From the NCBI GenBank assembly GCA_963833985.1, contig CAWIAD010000002.1, positions 800,001 to 864,000 of the forward strand: 64,000 nt of DNA, given 5' to 3'. Below, in pieces: positions 9,832 through 21,500 of the stretch (positions within the stretch are counted from its first letter, which is position 1; each line of letters starts with the position of its first letter). This stretch comes from an uncultured Planctomycetaceae bacterium. Its GTDB lineage: Bacteria > Planctomycetota > Planctomycetia > Isosphaerales > Isosphaeraceae. The notes under the pieces were generated by a model. It was given only the letters and a program-made list of their open reading frames with translations, made no database searches and was not told where the DNA came from. Position numbers and translations under genes: made by a program.

Positions 9832-10989
9832 ATGTCCATCTGCGACCAACCTGATCCCTCCGCGGCTTGCCGGCCGGAACGCCCGGTGCGGTTCATCACC
9901 GTGGCCAGGGACAGCGGCTCGGCGGCGCGGGTGGGCCGGCTGGAGACGCCGCATGGGGTGGTGAGTACGCCTGCGTTCATGCCCGTGGGCACGCAGGCGA
10001 CGGTCAAGGGACTGACGCCCGACCAGGTTCACGCCTCGGGTGCACGGATGCTGCTGGCGAATACCTACCACCTGGCCCTCCGGCCCGGCTCGGAGATCGT
10101 CGGGGCACTCGGCGGCCTGCACACGTTCATGGGCTGGGACGGTCCGATCCTGACGGATTCCGGGGGGTTCCAGGTCTTCAGCCTGGCCGACAGGAGCCGG
10201 ATCACCGAGCACGGCGTGTCGTTCCGGTCCCACATCGACGGCCGCCTCCTGGAGCTGACGCCGGCGCGTGCGATGGCGATCCAGCAGGAGCTCGGGGCCG
10301 ACGTGGCCATGTGCCTGGATCACTGCCCGGCATTGCCGGCGAGCCATGAGGAGATCGGCCGGGCCGTGGACCGGACCGTCGCCTGGGCGGGCCTCTGCAA
10401 GGCCGCACACGCACGGCCGGACCAGGCACTTTTCGGGATTGTGCAAGGAGGGGCACACGCCGATCTTCGCGCCAGGTGTGCCGAGGCCCTGATTGCGCTC
10501 GATTTTGACGGCTACGCGATTGGCGGCGTGAGCGTGGGCGAGAGCCGCGAGGAAGTGGACCGGGCTCTTCAGGTCACGACGCCCCTGCTGCCGGAGGACC
10601 GGCCGCGCTACCTCATGGGGGTCGGCCGGCCGCAAGACATGCTCAGTGCCGTCGCCGCGGGCATCGACCTCTTCGACTGCGTGCTTCCCACGCGCAACGG
10701 GCGTAACGCAACCTGTTTTTCCTCAAAGGGATTGGTAAAACTTCGGAATGCCGCACAGGCTCGTGACCCGCGGCCCATCGAGGAGGGCTGCCCTTGCTTG
10801 GCGTGCCGGCGCTTCAGCCGGGCCTATCTCCGCCACCTCTTCCTGGCCAGGGAGATGCTGGGGCCAATCCTGGCGTCAATCCACAACCTGACGTACCTGC
10901 ACCGGCTCACTGGCGCAATTCGTCTGGCGATCGCCGAGGGCTGCTTTGTCCAGTTACGGCTGGATGTGCTTGAAGCTTTGGGACCCTAG
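9832..10989 (+). CDS. tgt: tRNA-guanine transglycosylase
   Basis: [38 protein letters not shown]-x-C-xx-C zinc site. Confidence 0.97.
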   Translation: MSICDQPDPSAACRPERPVRFITVARDSGSAARVGRLETPHGVVSTPAFMPVGTQATVKGLTPDQVHASGARMLLANTYHLALRPGSEIVGALGGLHTFMGWDGPILTDSGGFQVFSLADRSRITEHGVSFRSHIDGRLLELTPARAMAIQQELGADVAMCLDHCPALPASHEEIGRAVDRTVAWAGLCKAAHARPDQALFGIVQGGAHADLRARCAEALIALDFDGYAIGGVSVGESREEVDRALQVTTPLLPEDRPRYLMGVGRPQDMLSAVAAGIDLFDCVLPTRNGRNATCFSSKGLVKLRNAAQARDPRPIEEGCPCLACRRFSRAYLRHLFLAREMLGPILASIHNLTYLHRLTGAIRLAIAEGCFVQLRLDVLEALGP

Positions 10990-11101
10990 GCGTTAGAGTG
11001 CAGTTTCCGGGGCCCGGCAGGCGAGGGATGGGGACCGAAGTGTCTTCCCATGGCCTGGCCTGGTTTCCCGAGTCCACCGAGTCAGACACGGATACCTCAT
11101 C

Positions 11102-11455
11102 ATGCCCGGATCGTATGACCAGCTGGGATTGCTGTTCGCGCAGGCCCAGGACGCGGCGAATAACTGGAATGGCCTGATGTTCTTCTTGCCCATTCCCTTC
11201 CTGGTCTACTTCATGATCTGGCGCCCTCAGCAACAGCAGGAGAAGAAGCGGAAGGCGATGATCGAGGCCCTCAAGAAGAATGACAAGATCGTGACGGCCG
11301 GCGGGATCTTCGGCACCGTGGTCTCGGTGGATCCTGGTGGTGAGAAGCTGGTGGTCCGGATCGACGACGACAAGGGCGTGAAGCTGACCCTGGCCCGGTC
11401 GAGCGTCACGCGCGTGCTGGAAACGACCTCGGAAAAAGCGGCCGAAGCGTCGTGA
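11102..11455 (+). CDS. yajC: Preprotein translocase subunit YajC
   Basis: TM helix, WRPQQQQEKK, DKIVTAGGIFG; tgt-yajC-secD synteny. Confidence 0.95.
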   Translation: MPGSYDQLGLLFAQAQDAANNWNGLMFFLPIPFLVYFMIWRPQQQQEKKRKAMIEALKKNDKIVTAGGIFGTVVSVDPGGEKLVVRIDDDKGVKLTLARSSVTRVLETTSEKAAEAS

Positions 11456-11605
11456 TCGCCGCTCCGAGCGGCCGGGGACCGTACCATCACGGCTCGGCGG
11501 CAGGCGCCGTCTGCTCGTAAGACTTTTTTGATTCGTTTTTGATCTCACGCCGATGCCGCCCGCAGGACGCGGCCGGCGGTTGCACGCCGGGTTTGAGGAA
11601 CGACC

Positions 11606-14600
11606 ATGAAACAGTCCCCCTGGAAGCTCATTCTGATCATTGGTTCGGTGCTGGTCGGCCTGCTGGCCATGATCCCTCCTGACAAGAAGTTGAAGCTGGG
11701 CATCGACCTCTCGGGAGGGACGATCCTGGTGTACGAGGTGGCCAAGGAGAACCTCGGGCCCAACTTCAACATGGACGAGCTGATCGCGGCGCTCAAACAG
11801 CGGGCTGATCCGCAGGGCGTCAAGGAGACGCCAATCCGCAAGATTGGCAGCAACCGGATCGAGATCATTCTGCCGGCGGACAAGGAGGAGGACGTCGAGG
11901 AAGTCAAGAAGATGCTCACGGACGTGGGCTCACTCGAGTTCCGCATCCTCGCCAACCGCAAGCACGACTCGGCGGCGATCGAGCGCGCAATGGGGCCTCA
12001 GGGGCTGTCCAAGGTGCCCTCGCGGTACAAGTGGGCCCGGCTGGGCGAGATCTCCACCGGCAGTAGTCCGACGTTCACGGCCGATACGATCACCGACCTG
12101 CAACAGCACTGGAAGAGAGACCTGTACGCAGAGATCGACGTCATTCTCACCGGCAAGGTCGATCAGACGGGACCCGACCAGACCGTGAACATTCCGGTCA
12201 GCCGGAACACGGCCAACACGCTGACGCTGAAGCGCCCGCACGGACTGAAGTCGATCAGCTCGTACCGCATCGAGTACAACCCCAGTTCCATCCGTGGCGG
12301 CGATCCGAGCAATCCCCGGCCCACCGACCCGATTGTGCGCGAGGAAAAGATCTCGCCGGGCCGGACGGAAATCTACATCCTCTGCACACTGGACCGGCAG
12401 AACGTCACCGGCAGCTACCTGTCGCGCGCCTATTCGACCACGGATGAGAAGCTGCAACCGGCCGTCGGCTTCCAGTTCAACCGCCAGGGCGCCCGCAAGT
12501 TCGGCCAGCTCACTCGCGACCACCTTCCCGAGGAAGGTGATGCGTTCAAGTACCAGCTTGCCATCCTGCTGGACAACCTGGTGATGTCGGCCCCGTCGAT
12601 CAACTCGGAGATCCGTGACTCGGGAATCATCGAAGGGGGCGGACAGGGGTTCAAGCTCAAGGAAGTTCAGCACCTGATCAACATCCTTCAGGCCGGCAGC
12701 CTGCCGGCCAGCCTGAACCCGACGCCCGCCCAGGAGGAGAAGGTGGGCCCGACCCTGGGTGAGGACTCCATCGCCAAGGGCTGGCGCGCCATCTGGGTCT
12801 CCATGCTGGTCGTGCCCATTTTCATGGTCATCTACTACCGGTTCGCCGGCGTCGTGGCCGTCATCGCCCTGGTGGCCAACATGATCTTGCTGATCGGCAC
12901 CATGGCGTTCCTGCAAGCCACGTTCTCGCTGCCCGGGCTGGCCGGGCTGGCGCTCACCATCGGCATGGCCGTCGATGCCAACGTGCTCGTCTTCGAGCGC
13001 ATGCGTGAGGAGAAGGAGCGCGGGGCCAGCGTGGCGCAGCAGATCCGCAACGGGTTCAACCGCGCCTGGATCACCATCTTCGACTCGCACGTCACCAACT
13101 TGCTGGCCGCGATCGTGCTTTACGCCGTGGGCACCGAGGAAGTCAAGGGCTTCGCCCTGACGATGATCATCGGCATGCTCTGGAACCTGTACACGGCCGT
13201 GTTCATGTCGCGCGTGATCTTCGAGACGGCCTATTCCCAGGGCTGGCTCAAGGAGCTCCGCATGCTCAAGATGTGGGACAAGACCAACATCGACTTCATC
13301 GGCCCGCGCTATTACTGCATGGCCGGCTCGCTGATCCTCATCCTGCTGGGCCTGGTGGCCTTCTTCGCGCGCGGCCGGACGATGTACAACATCGACTTCA
13401 CGGGCGGGACACTTGTGACCATCCGGCTCAACGAGAACGATCCGACCGTGCAGTCGCTCTCCGAGTCGAGACGTGCCGAGTTCGTCCGCCAGAAGGCGAG
13501 CGTGCTGCCGGACGTCACCGTCGAGAGCTTGCGGGTGGGTAATGACGCCAAGCTGGCGCGGTTCAATATCCGCACGACGGCGACCGACCAGGAGTCGCAG
13601 GAAGAAAAGGACAAGGTCAAGAACAAGATCATCGAAGCGTTTGGCCCGGCCCTGGCCAAGGTGGAGATGACCGTGGGCGAGCCGAAACCCATTGCTCCGG
13701 AGGCCGCGCCGACGGCTGACGCGGCGAAATCCGGCCCCAACCTCACCACCCGGTTCGCGGGCGGCTGGGCGTATCCGCTCAGCTTCAACACCACGGCCTT
13801 CAACAGTACCCAGTCGCCCGCCGCGGTGGTCTCCGCGGAATTCGCCAAGGTCCTGGAAGCCGGCGGCATCGCCAACCCGACCACGCGCTTCGAGATCACC
13901 GAGCAAACCACCAAGGAGGCCGGGGTCGCCAGCACCGATCTGCTGCTGAAGACCAACCTCGAGCCGGATGTCGCCCAGGTTCACATCGCCAAGCTCAAGG
14001 ACTCGCTGGCCAGCAACCGCGACCTGCTCTTCGAGCGGATCACGATCTTCGGCGGCACAGTGGCCAGCGAGACGCGTACGCTGGCCCTCATCGCCACGGT
14101 GGCAAGCTGGGTGATCATCATCGTCTACCTCTGGTGGCGGTTCCACTCGTTCATCTACGGCCTGGCGGCCGTGCTCGCCGTGGTCCACGATGTCCTCATC
14201 ACCCTGGGCGCGATCGCGGTGAGTTACTGGCTGGCCCGGGTCCCGGTCATCAGCAGCATCCTCATGCTCGATCAGTTCAAGATCGACCTCCCCATCGTGG
14301 CTGCGTTCCTGACCTTGATCGGGTTCTCGGTGAACGACACGATCGTCATCTTCGACCGCATCCGCGAGATCAAGGGTAAGACCCCGCACCTGACCAACAA
14401 GATGGTCAACGACGCCATCAACCAGACGTTGAGCCGTACCATCTTGACTGCGTTCACCGCCTGGCTGGTGGTGGTCATCCTCTACATTCTGGGCGGCGAG
14501 GGCCTGCACGGCTTCGCCTTCGCCCTGGTCGTCGGCTTCCTGAGCGGCACCTACAGCACGGTCTACATCGCGACCCCCATCCTCATCGACTGGGTGGGCA

Positions 14601-14653
14601 CCAAGACCGAGCCGGCCAAGACCGGCGAGAAGAAGCTGGCCAAGGCCCAGTGA
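11606..14653 (+). CDS. secDF: Fused protein translocase SecD/SecF
   Basis: LGIDLSGG, IGMAVDANVLVFER, IDFTGGT, GFSVNDTIVIFDRIRE. Confidence 0.96.
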   Translation: MKQSPWKLILIIGSVLVGLLAMIPPDKKLKLGIDLSGGTILVYEVAKENLGPNFNMDELIAALKQRADPQGVKETPIRKIGSNRIEIILPADKEEDVEEVKKMLTDVGSLEFRILANRKHDSAAIERAMGPQGLSKVPSRYKWARLGEISTGSSPTFTADTITDLQQHWKRDLYAEIDVILTGKVDQTGPDQTVNIPVSRNTANTLTLKRPHGLKSISSYRIEYNPSSIRGGDPSNPRPTDPIVREEKISPGRTEIYILCTLDRQNVTGSYLSRAYSTTDEKLQPAVGFQFNRQGARKFGQLTRDHLPEEGDAFKYQLAILLDNLVMSAPSINSEIRDSGIIEGGGQGFKLKEVQHLINILQAGSLPASLNPTPAQEEKVGPTLGEDSIAKGWRAIWVSMLVVPIFMVIYYRFAGVVAVIALVANMILLIGTMAFLQATFSLPGLAGLALTIGMAVDANVLVFERMREEKERGASVAQQIRNGFNRAWITIFDSHVTNLLAAIVLYAVGTEEVKGFALTMIIGMLWNLYTAVFMSRVIFETAYSQGWLKELRMLKMWDKTNIDFIGPRYYCMAGSLILILLGLVAFFARGRTMYNIDFTGGTLVTIRLNENDPTVQSLSESRRAEFVRQKASVLPDVTVESLRVGNDAKLARFNIRTTATDQESQEEKDKVKNKIIEAFGPALAKVEMTVGEPKPIAPEAAPTADAAKSGPNLTTRFAGGWAYPLSFNTTAFNSTQSPAAVVSAEFAKVLEAGGIANPTTRFEITEQTTKEAGVASTDLLLKTNLEPDVAQVHIAKLKDSLASNRDLLFERITIFGGTVASETRTLALIATVASWVIIIVYLWWRFHSFIYGLAAVLAVVHDVLITLGAIAVSYWLARVPVISSILMLDQFKIDLPIVAAFLTLIGFSVNDTIVIFDRIREIKGKTPHLTNKMVNDAINQTLSRTILTAFTAWLVVVILYILGGEGLHGFAFALVVGFLSGTYSTVYIATPILIDWVGTKTEPAKTGEKKLAKAQ

Positions 14654-14786
14654 GCCGCAACGTCCGCCATGCGGGCAGCGGAGATCAATCTCCCTTGCCC
14701 GCACGGCGCCGCGCCTTGACACGCCGTCGAAGACAGTTGTAGGATGAACGATATCCTGACAATTGTCATGGGGGCGTGCCAATCGA

Positions 14787-16027
14787 TGCTGTATCTCACT
14801 CGACAAACCTGGGCGATCGCCGGCGTGATCGTCCTGGCGCTGGCCATGGCGACCGCTGTGCCGGCGGCCGAACCTGATGCCGCGTCCCTGGTGCGCCAGG
14901 CCCGCGAGCAGGAAGCATGGATCGAGCGCGTGCACAGCCTTCAGATCGAGGCCGTGCAGCACTGGACGCGAACTCCAGAAGGGCTTGAGAAGTTACGCCG
15001 GCAGGCCGAGGCGGATTTCCCGGGAAGCCGTTTTGAGACCGACCCCAACTCCCGCCCGCATTGCAAGTGGACCATCGATTTCGCTTACGACCGGACGCGC
15101 GTCAGGGTCCGTCTTCAGGATGAGGGCTACTCCGACGACCTGCGTCTCTGGGACGGAAAACGCTTCGTCTTCCAAAACCGCTACGCCGACTGGCCCGGAC
15201 TTCGACCGGACCAGGACGCCACCTTGATCGCCAGCAAGCCCGGGACCTGGCTCTCCGGCCAGGGCTGGAGCTACTTTGCCAGCTTCCGCGCCGGGCCGCA
15301 CAGCTTCTGGTGGAACAGTCCGCAAGAGCGCGCCGATATCGAACGGATGAGTCCCAGGCCCGAGGATTTCGCCTACGAGGGCCAGGCGGACTTCCACGGC
15401 ATGACGTGCCATGTCGTGAGCCACTGGGACTCGTGGACGAGCCTGTTCATCGGTGTCGGCGACGGCCGGCTGCACGGCATCAGGTCCGGAGCACAGACCT
15501 CGAGGAAGCTCAAACGATCACTCATCGAGCTTTATCGCGCGGTGGGTCGTCAAGTTGCCGACGAGCAAGACATGGAGCGACAGGCCTCGAAGGTCACCGC
15601 CGAGGAGCGGGCCAAGGTGCGCCGGCTCGGCTCGGCGCGGTTGACGCAGCTCATCGACCCATGCTTCGAATTCCAGATCTCGCTGTACAAGGAGATTGCG
15701 CCCGGCTGCCGCATTCCCCTGGTTCAGTCCACCTGCTTTTTCGAGGTCGACCGGAATGGCGATGCGTTCGAAGCCTCGAGCGATGAGATGCATATTCTCA
15801 AAGTCAAGGTGAACGAACCCCTCCCCGACGCCCTCTTCGCCGTGAGCTTCAAGCAGGGCGAGCGGATCGAGGACCAGACCGTCGATCCGCCGCTCTCCTA
15901 CCGCTACAAGGCCAACATCACGCCCGGGGAATGGGCCGCGATTCGCGCCGAAGCCCGAACGAAGGCCCAGGCACGCCGCGATCGAGAGCGTGCTCGCGCA
16001 GCACAGATGAAGCGGCCGGGCCGGTGA
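14787..16027 (+). CDS. Hypothetical exported protein
   Basis: Long ORF with signal-peptide-like segment (WAIAGVIVLALAMATAVPA-AE); start uncertain (14744/14787). Confidence 0.7.
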
Positions 16028-16052
16028 CGGCGGGCGCGAGGGCGGCCCGCCG
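16027..16052. terminator. GC-rich hairpin between convergent genes
   Basis: ACGGCGGGC...GCCCGCCGT; no clear U-tract. Confidence 0.35.
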
Positions 16053-16077
16053 TGCATGAACCGGCGTTGCTCCCAGC

Positions 16078-16991
16078 TCACGCGAAGACCTGCGAGATCC
16101 CCTCGGAAAAGAGGTCCAGCTCCCCGATCTGCCGCAGTCCGAAGAAAGCGGTCAGGGCCAGCTCGATGGCGATCACCAGGGGAAGCGGCGGATGGATCAC
16201 GAGAAAGAGCAGACCGAGCAGCAGTGCCATGCCCAGGGCGCGCAGCAGCGTGCCCCGATTCAGGACCATCGCCTCGGAGTCTTCAATCCGGCGCAGCAGT
16301 TCGGCCAGGCGAGGCATCTTCTCGATCCAGCGGCGGAACGTGGTGGACGAGCGGGCGAAATAATGGGCCGAGATCACAAAGAACGGCGCCGAGGGGATAC
16401 CCGGCACGATCACTCCGGAGATCGCGCAGAGCAGCGAGGCCCCACCCAGCGCCAGATAATTCCAGCGATCCGCCTCGAGGGCGACCACCGACGCGGGAGC
16501 CGGCTGCGGATGTGCCGGTTGTGGACGACTGCCGGGTTTGAGCACACCGCCAGCACGGCCCGCGTTCCAGGCATTGGCGCCGCACCAATGGCCAGCGTCA
16601 CGCGGCGGGCAAGCTCGTGCTCGTCGAACCGGCTGGACTCGAACTGGAACCGGCACGAGTGAGCCAGCAGATCCAGCTCAACATGCAGCGCGCCGTGTTC
16701 GTGCATCGCGGCATCGCCGAGTGCCCGACAGAAACTCTCGTTGCCTTTTCGGAACATGCGCGCATCCACGATTTCCAGGACTCCCGCGGCCCGGTCGCAG
16801 CGGACGGTGAGCGCGGACGGCGCATCCTCGCGGACCACGACGCTGCCGCCGGATGATGGCTCCCTGGCCCCGGTCGAACTGGCCGGCGCCAGATCTGACA
16901 TGATTCGATTCAGCCAGGGGACCTCTTGAAGCAGACTCGCAATCCCCGAGATCGGAACCCGGCCAGCCAGCAGCATGGTATTTCCATTCAT
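16078..16991 (-). CDS. DUF454/YbaN-family membrane protein with N-terminal extension (frameshift ~16580)
   Basis: C-terminal GVIVPGIPSAPFFVISAHYFARSS...RRWI in ORF 16078-16656; N-terminal part in ORF 16410-16991; start uncertain. Confidence 0.65.
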
Positions 16992-17175
16992 ATGCGTAAT
17001 CCGCTGATAAATGAGATGAACGGGATGATCCGGCCACGCGGTCCTGCGCGGCGGTATTCTCTACTTGCAGCGGGCACGACCCCGGGGATCCGGAATCCCG
17101 CATCGACTTCGCCTGGCCAGTGCCGCCGAGCCTCTCGTGAGGCACCTCGTGCTGGAGGAGCACACACGCCATCGC

Positions 17176-17553
17176 TCAGCAAACGAGCGGAGCACGCCAG
17201 GCGCGGGCGGTCATGAAATGGATGGGCATGTGGGGAACAGGCACTGGCCTCGACAACGAGCCCAAAACCTGGTGGCAGGATCGAGGCGGCGCGCCGGCCT
17301 GGCGGCAGTCGTCCTCGTTGTCATTCTCGTCGCGATCGACGAAATGACTGGAGTCAACGATCCGCTCCGTGTCCCGGCTGAATGCAGCCTCCGGCAATCC
17401 CGTGAGGCTGATCGGTGAGCGGAGGTGAATAAGGGCTGCCGGCGCGTTCCCGTCACCCATCCGCGCATGGCAGGGTTTCGCGCAGGTGGTGCTTCCTGCG
17501 AGCAGAATACCGAGCAGTACAGGAACCCGGGACATGAGTGAAACCATCCTCAC
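17176..17553 (-). CDS. Hypothetical small protein
   Basis: ORF with hydrophobic N-terminus only. Confidence 0.3.
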   Translation of the reverse strand: MRMVSLMSRVPVLLGILLAGSTTCAKPCHARMGDGNAPAALIHLRSPISLTGLPEAAFSRDTERIVDSSHFVDRDENDNEDDCRQAGAPPRSCHQVLGSLSRPVPVPHMPIHFMTARAWRAPLVC

Positions 17554-17677
17554 CTGGGAGCACCTGGACTGCGTACGCCGCTCAATCCGTGGTTATTCTT
17601 TCGGCTTTTCCGGAATCTGTCTACCGGGATTTTCGCGATTCCGCGGGTCCTGATGCTGCCTCCCCGAGCGGGCTGGA

Positions 17678-18499
17678 TCACCGTCCTTCCTGAGGGCCGC
17701 GCAGCACCTGTCCGCCAAAAAGCTGCCTCACTTGCTGGCCGTCGTGAATCCAGAGCGCTCCCTGGGCATCGATCTGGAGCGCACTTGCGGTGAACACGGC
17801 CGGGCCCAGCGCGACGCGGATGGTCTCGCCGCGCAGCAGGTTAAGCTGGTCCCAGCGCTCGGCAAGCGTGGAATCATCGGCGGCCAGGCGAGGGAGTTCA
17901 TGTTCAAGCTGCGCCAGGATCTCGGCGAGAAGGGTATGCAGGATGTCCGGCTCCAGAGGTTGCGTCTGCAAGTCGGCCAGCGACGTGGCCATCACACGAA
18001 CCTCGGCCGGCGCCTCCGCCATGCGGGTCAGGACGTTCAGTCCCAGGCCGATAAGCACGCGCGGACCGCCCGTCGTCTGAATTCGTTCGGGGAGGATTCC
18101 ACCCAGCTTGCGGCCCTCGACCTGGATGTCGTTGGGCCAGCGGATGCCGATGCCCGGAACGGACAGGCCGAGTGCCCGCACGGCCTCGATCACCGCCAAG
18201 GCGGTCAGGAGGGCCAGGCGCGGCTCGTGGTCGGTTCGCAGCCCGTGCGCGGCGGGGTCGAGCGCCAGGGTGAACGTGAGCGAGCCTTCGTCGGACCACC
18301 ACGCGTTCTCGCCGCGGCCGCGGCCGCGGGTCTGGCGGTCGGCCCGGACCAGCAGGGGAAGCTCGTCAAAGCCCGCGAGCAGCATCTCCCGGGCCAGGTT
18401 GCTCGTGGAATCGACGACAGCGCGGTGGATCACCGCGCGGACGAACGGCGGCGCAGTCCCAGCCGTCGCGATGTTCCAGCCCGGCCCATTTTTCGTCAT
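17678..18499 (-). CDS. birA: Biotin-[acetyl-CoA-carboxylase] ligase
   Basis: VDSTS, QTRGRGRG..W, RWPNDI...RKLGGIL, GLGLNV; adjacent to pyc. Confidence 0.93.
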   Translation of the reverse strand: MTKNGPGWNIATAGTAPPFVRAVIHRAVVDSTSNLAREMLLAGFDELPLLVRADRQTRGRGRGENAWWSDEGSLTFTLALDPAAHGLRTDHEPRLALLTALAVIEAVRALGLSVPGIGIRWPNDIQVEGRKLGGILPERIQTTGGPRVLIGLGLNVLTRMAEAPAEVRVMATSLADLQTQPLEPDILHTLLAEILAQLEHELPRLAADDSTLAERWDQLNLLRGETIRVALGPAVFTASALQIDAQGALWIHDGQQVRQLFGGQVLRGPQEGR

Positions 18500-18505
18500 G
18501 TTCCG

Positions 18506-21500
18506 TCACTCGTCCGTCAGCTTGAGCAGCAGGTCGCCAGCCTTGACCTGAAGACCGACCGATGCAATCACCTCGGAGACGCGCCCGGGCCGTTCGGCAT
18601 AGAGGGTGGTCTCCATCTTCATGGCTTCCATCGAGAGCAGCTTCTGGCCCTTCCGCACGCGGTCGCCGGCCGAGACGGCCACGCCGACGACCAGGCCGGG
18701 CAGGGGAGCGCCGAGCTGGTTGGGGTCCGAGGGGTCGGCCCTGGGAGTTTCGCGGATCGACGAGGCTAGCGAGCGGTCGAGCACCTCGACCTCCCGGGGC
18801 TGGCCGTTGAGCTCGAAGAAGACGGTCCTCTTGCCGTCCGTATGGGGCTCGCCCACAGCCAGTAACTTGACGATGAGCGTTTTCCCTTCTTCGATGTCCA
18901 GCTTGACCTCCTCGCCCGGCTCCAGACCGAAGAAGAAGACGGGCGTCGGCAGGATCGACGTATCCGAATAGGCACGCTGATGGGAGGCCAGGTCGGGAAA
19001 GACACGGGGATAGAGGACGTAGCTGAGTGCATCGCGCATGCCGGCGGCAGTGCCCAGCAGCGCGGATGCCTTCTCTCGGGCTGCGTCCAGGTCGGCCGGA
19101 GGCAGGCTTGCGCCGGGACGGTCCACAAGTGCGGTCCGGCCCTTGAGCACGCGGCTTTGCAGCTCGGGAGGGAAACCGCCCGGAGGCTGGCCCAGCCGCC
19201 CCTCGAAGAACTCGATGACGCTCTCCGGGAAGGCGAGCTCGCGCTCGGGGTCCAGCGTGTCCTCCGGCGTGAGGTCGTTGGCCACGAGGAAGAGCGCCAT
19301 GTCGCCCACGACCTTCGATGACGGCGTCACCTTGACGATGTCGCCGAAGAGCAGGTTTACCTGGCTGTACGCGTTGCAGACCTCACGCCAGCGCGGGGCC
19401 AGCCCCAGCGCCTTGGCTTGCTGGAACAGGTTGGTGTACTGGCCTCCGGGCATCTCCAGGTCGTAGAGATCGGCGGCCGGCGACCGCGGCCCGGACTCGA
19501 ACGGAGCGTACATGCTACGCACCTCGTCCCAGTAGCGGCTGATCTCGATGAGCGCGCGATGGTCGATGCCGCACTCGCGCGGGTTGAAGCGGAGCGACTC
19601 GACCACGGCGCTGAGGCTGGGTTGCGAAGTCAGGCCGGACATCGACGCCATCGCCCCGTCGGCGACGTCCAGGCCTACCTCAGCGCCCTGAAGGATACTG
19701 GCCGCCTGGGCGCCGCCGATGTCGTGCGTGTGGAAGTGCACCGGCAATCCCACTTCCTGGCGGAGGGTCTCGATCAGCTTCCTGGCGGCGTATGGCTTGC
19801 AAAGGCCGGCCATGTCCTTGATGGCGATCAGGTTGGCCCCGCGCTTCTCCAGCGCTCGGGCCATCGTGACGTAGTACTTCAGATCGTACTTGGGACGTGC
19901 GGGATCGAGGATGTCTCCGGTGTAGCAGATGGCTGCCTCGCAGAGCGCACCGGACTCGCGCACGGCTTCCATGGTGCGCTCCATGTTGGGCACCCAGTTG
20001 AGCGAGTCGAACACCCGGAACAGGTCGATGCCCGCAGCCGCGGACTCCTTCACGAAGGTCGCGACCACGTTGTCCGGATAGCTCGTGTAACCGACCGCGT
20101 TCGAGCCCCGGATGAGCATCTGGAAGAGGATGTTGGGAATCTTCTCGCGGAGCTGAGCCAGGCGATCCCACGGATCTTCCTTGAGGAACCGCATGGCTGT
20201 GTCGAACGTGGCGCCGCCCCACATCTCGATGGAGAACAGGTTCGGCAGGAGCCGCGCGTAGGCCTCGGCCGCGCGAAGCATGTCGCGGGTGCGCAGGCGA
20301 GTGGCCAGCAGCGACTGATGGGCGTCTCGGAAGGTCGTATCGGTGAGCAGCAGAGGCTGCTGCTCGCGCACCCAGCGCGCGAACGCCTCGGCGCCCAGGG
20401 ACTGAAAGCGCTGCCGCGAGCCGTCGGCCAGGGGCTCAAGGTGGTTCGATGCCGGCGGCTGGGGTTCGTGGAACAGGTTCGCGTACCCGTCCTGCTTGAT
20501 TCCGGGAAAGCCGTTGACCCGGACCTCCGCGGCGTAAGTGAGCAGCCTGGTCGCCCGATCCTGCCGCTGGATGAGCCGGAACAGTTCTGGCGTCTGGTCG
20601 ATGAACCGGGTGGTGCAGCGCCCTTCCAGGAACGTGGGGTGGGTGACCACGTTGAGCAGGAACGGGATGTTCGTCTTCACGCCGCGGATGCGGAATTCCT
20701 GCAAGGCCCGCTCCATCTTCAGGGCGGCGTCCCGGAACCGTCGCGCATAGGCGGAGACCTTCACCAGCAGCGAATCGTAGAACGGCGTGATGATCGCCCC
20801 GGTCGTCGTCGACCCGCCGTCCAGCCGCAGCCCGGGACCGCCGGAGGAGCGATAGTGCGTGATCCGCCCGTAATCGGGTGTGAAGTTGTTGGTCGGGTCC
20901 TCGGAGGTGATCCGGCACTGGATGGCATGTCCCTGCACCTGGATCGACTCCTGGCCGTCGATGCTGATGTCCGGATCGGCCAGCTCGCGGCCCTGGGCGA
21001 TGAGGATCTGACTCTTGACAATGTCAATGCCGGTGATGATCTCCGTGATCGTGTGCTCCACCTGGAGCCGAGGATTGACCTCGATGAAGTGGAACGCACC
21101 GGTCTCATCGTCGACCAGGAACTCCACCGTCCCGGCGTTCTGGTAGTTCACCTTGCGGCCCATCGCAAGGGCCGCCTGGCAGATCGAGTCGCGCACGAAG
21201 GGATCCACGTTGGCGGCGGGGGCGATCTCGATCACTTTCTGGTGCCGGCGCTGGATCGAGCAATCGCGCTCGTACAGATGCACCAGCCGCCCGTGCTGAT
21301 CGCCTAGTAGCTGCACCTCGATGTGCTTGGCGCGGCGGATGAATTTCTCCAGGAACACGTCCGGGCAGCCGAAAGCATTCTGCGCCTCGCGCCGCGCCTG
21401 GTCGAGCGCGGGGTCGAGCGCATCGGCCGTTTCCACGACGCGCATGCCGCGCCCGCCTCCGCCCATCGACGCTTTGACGATCACCGGATACCCCAGCGCC

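Noticed and set aside
11930..14962. Long antisense ORFs (also 19418-21307, 26371-28224, 42689-44164, 45995-47470)
   Set aside because: Shadow frames of real genes in high-GC DNA, with no motifs
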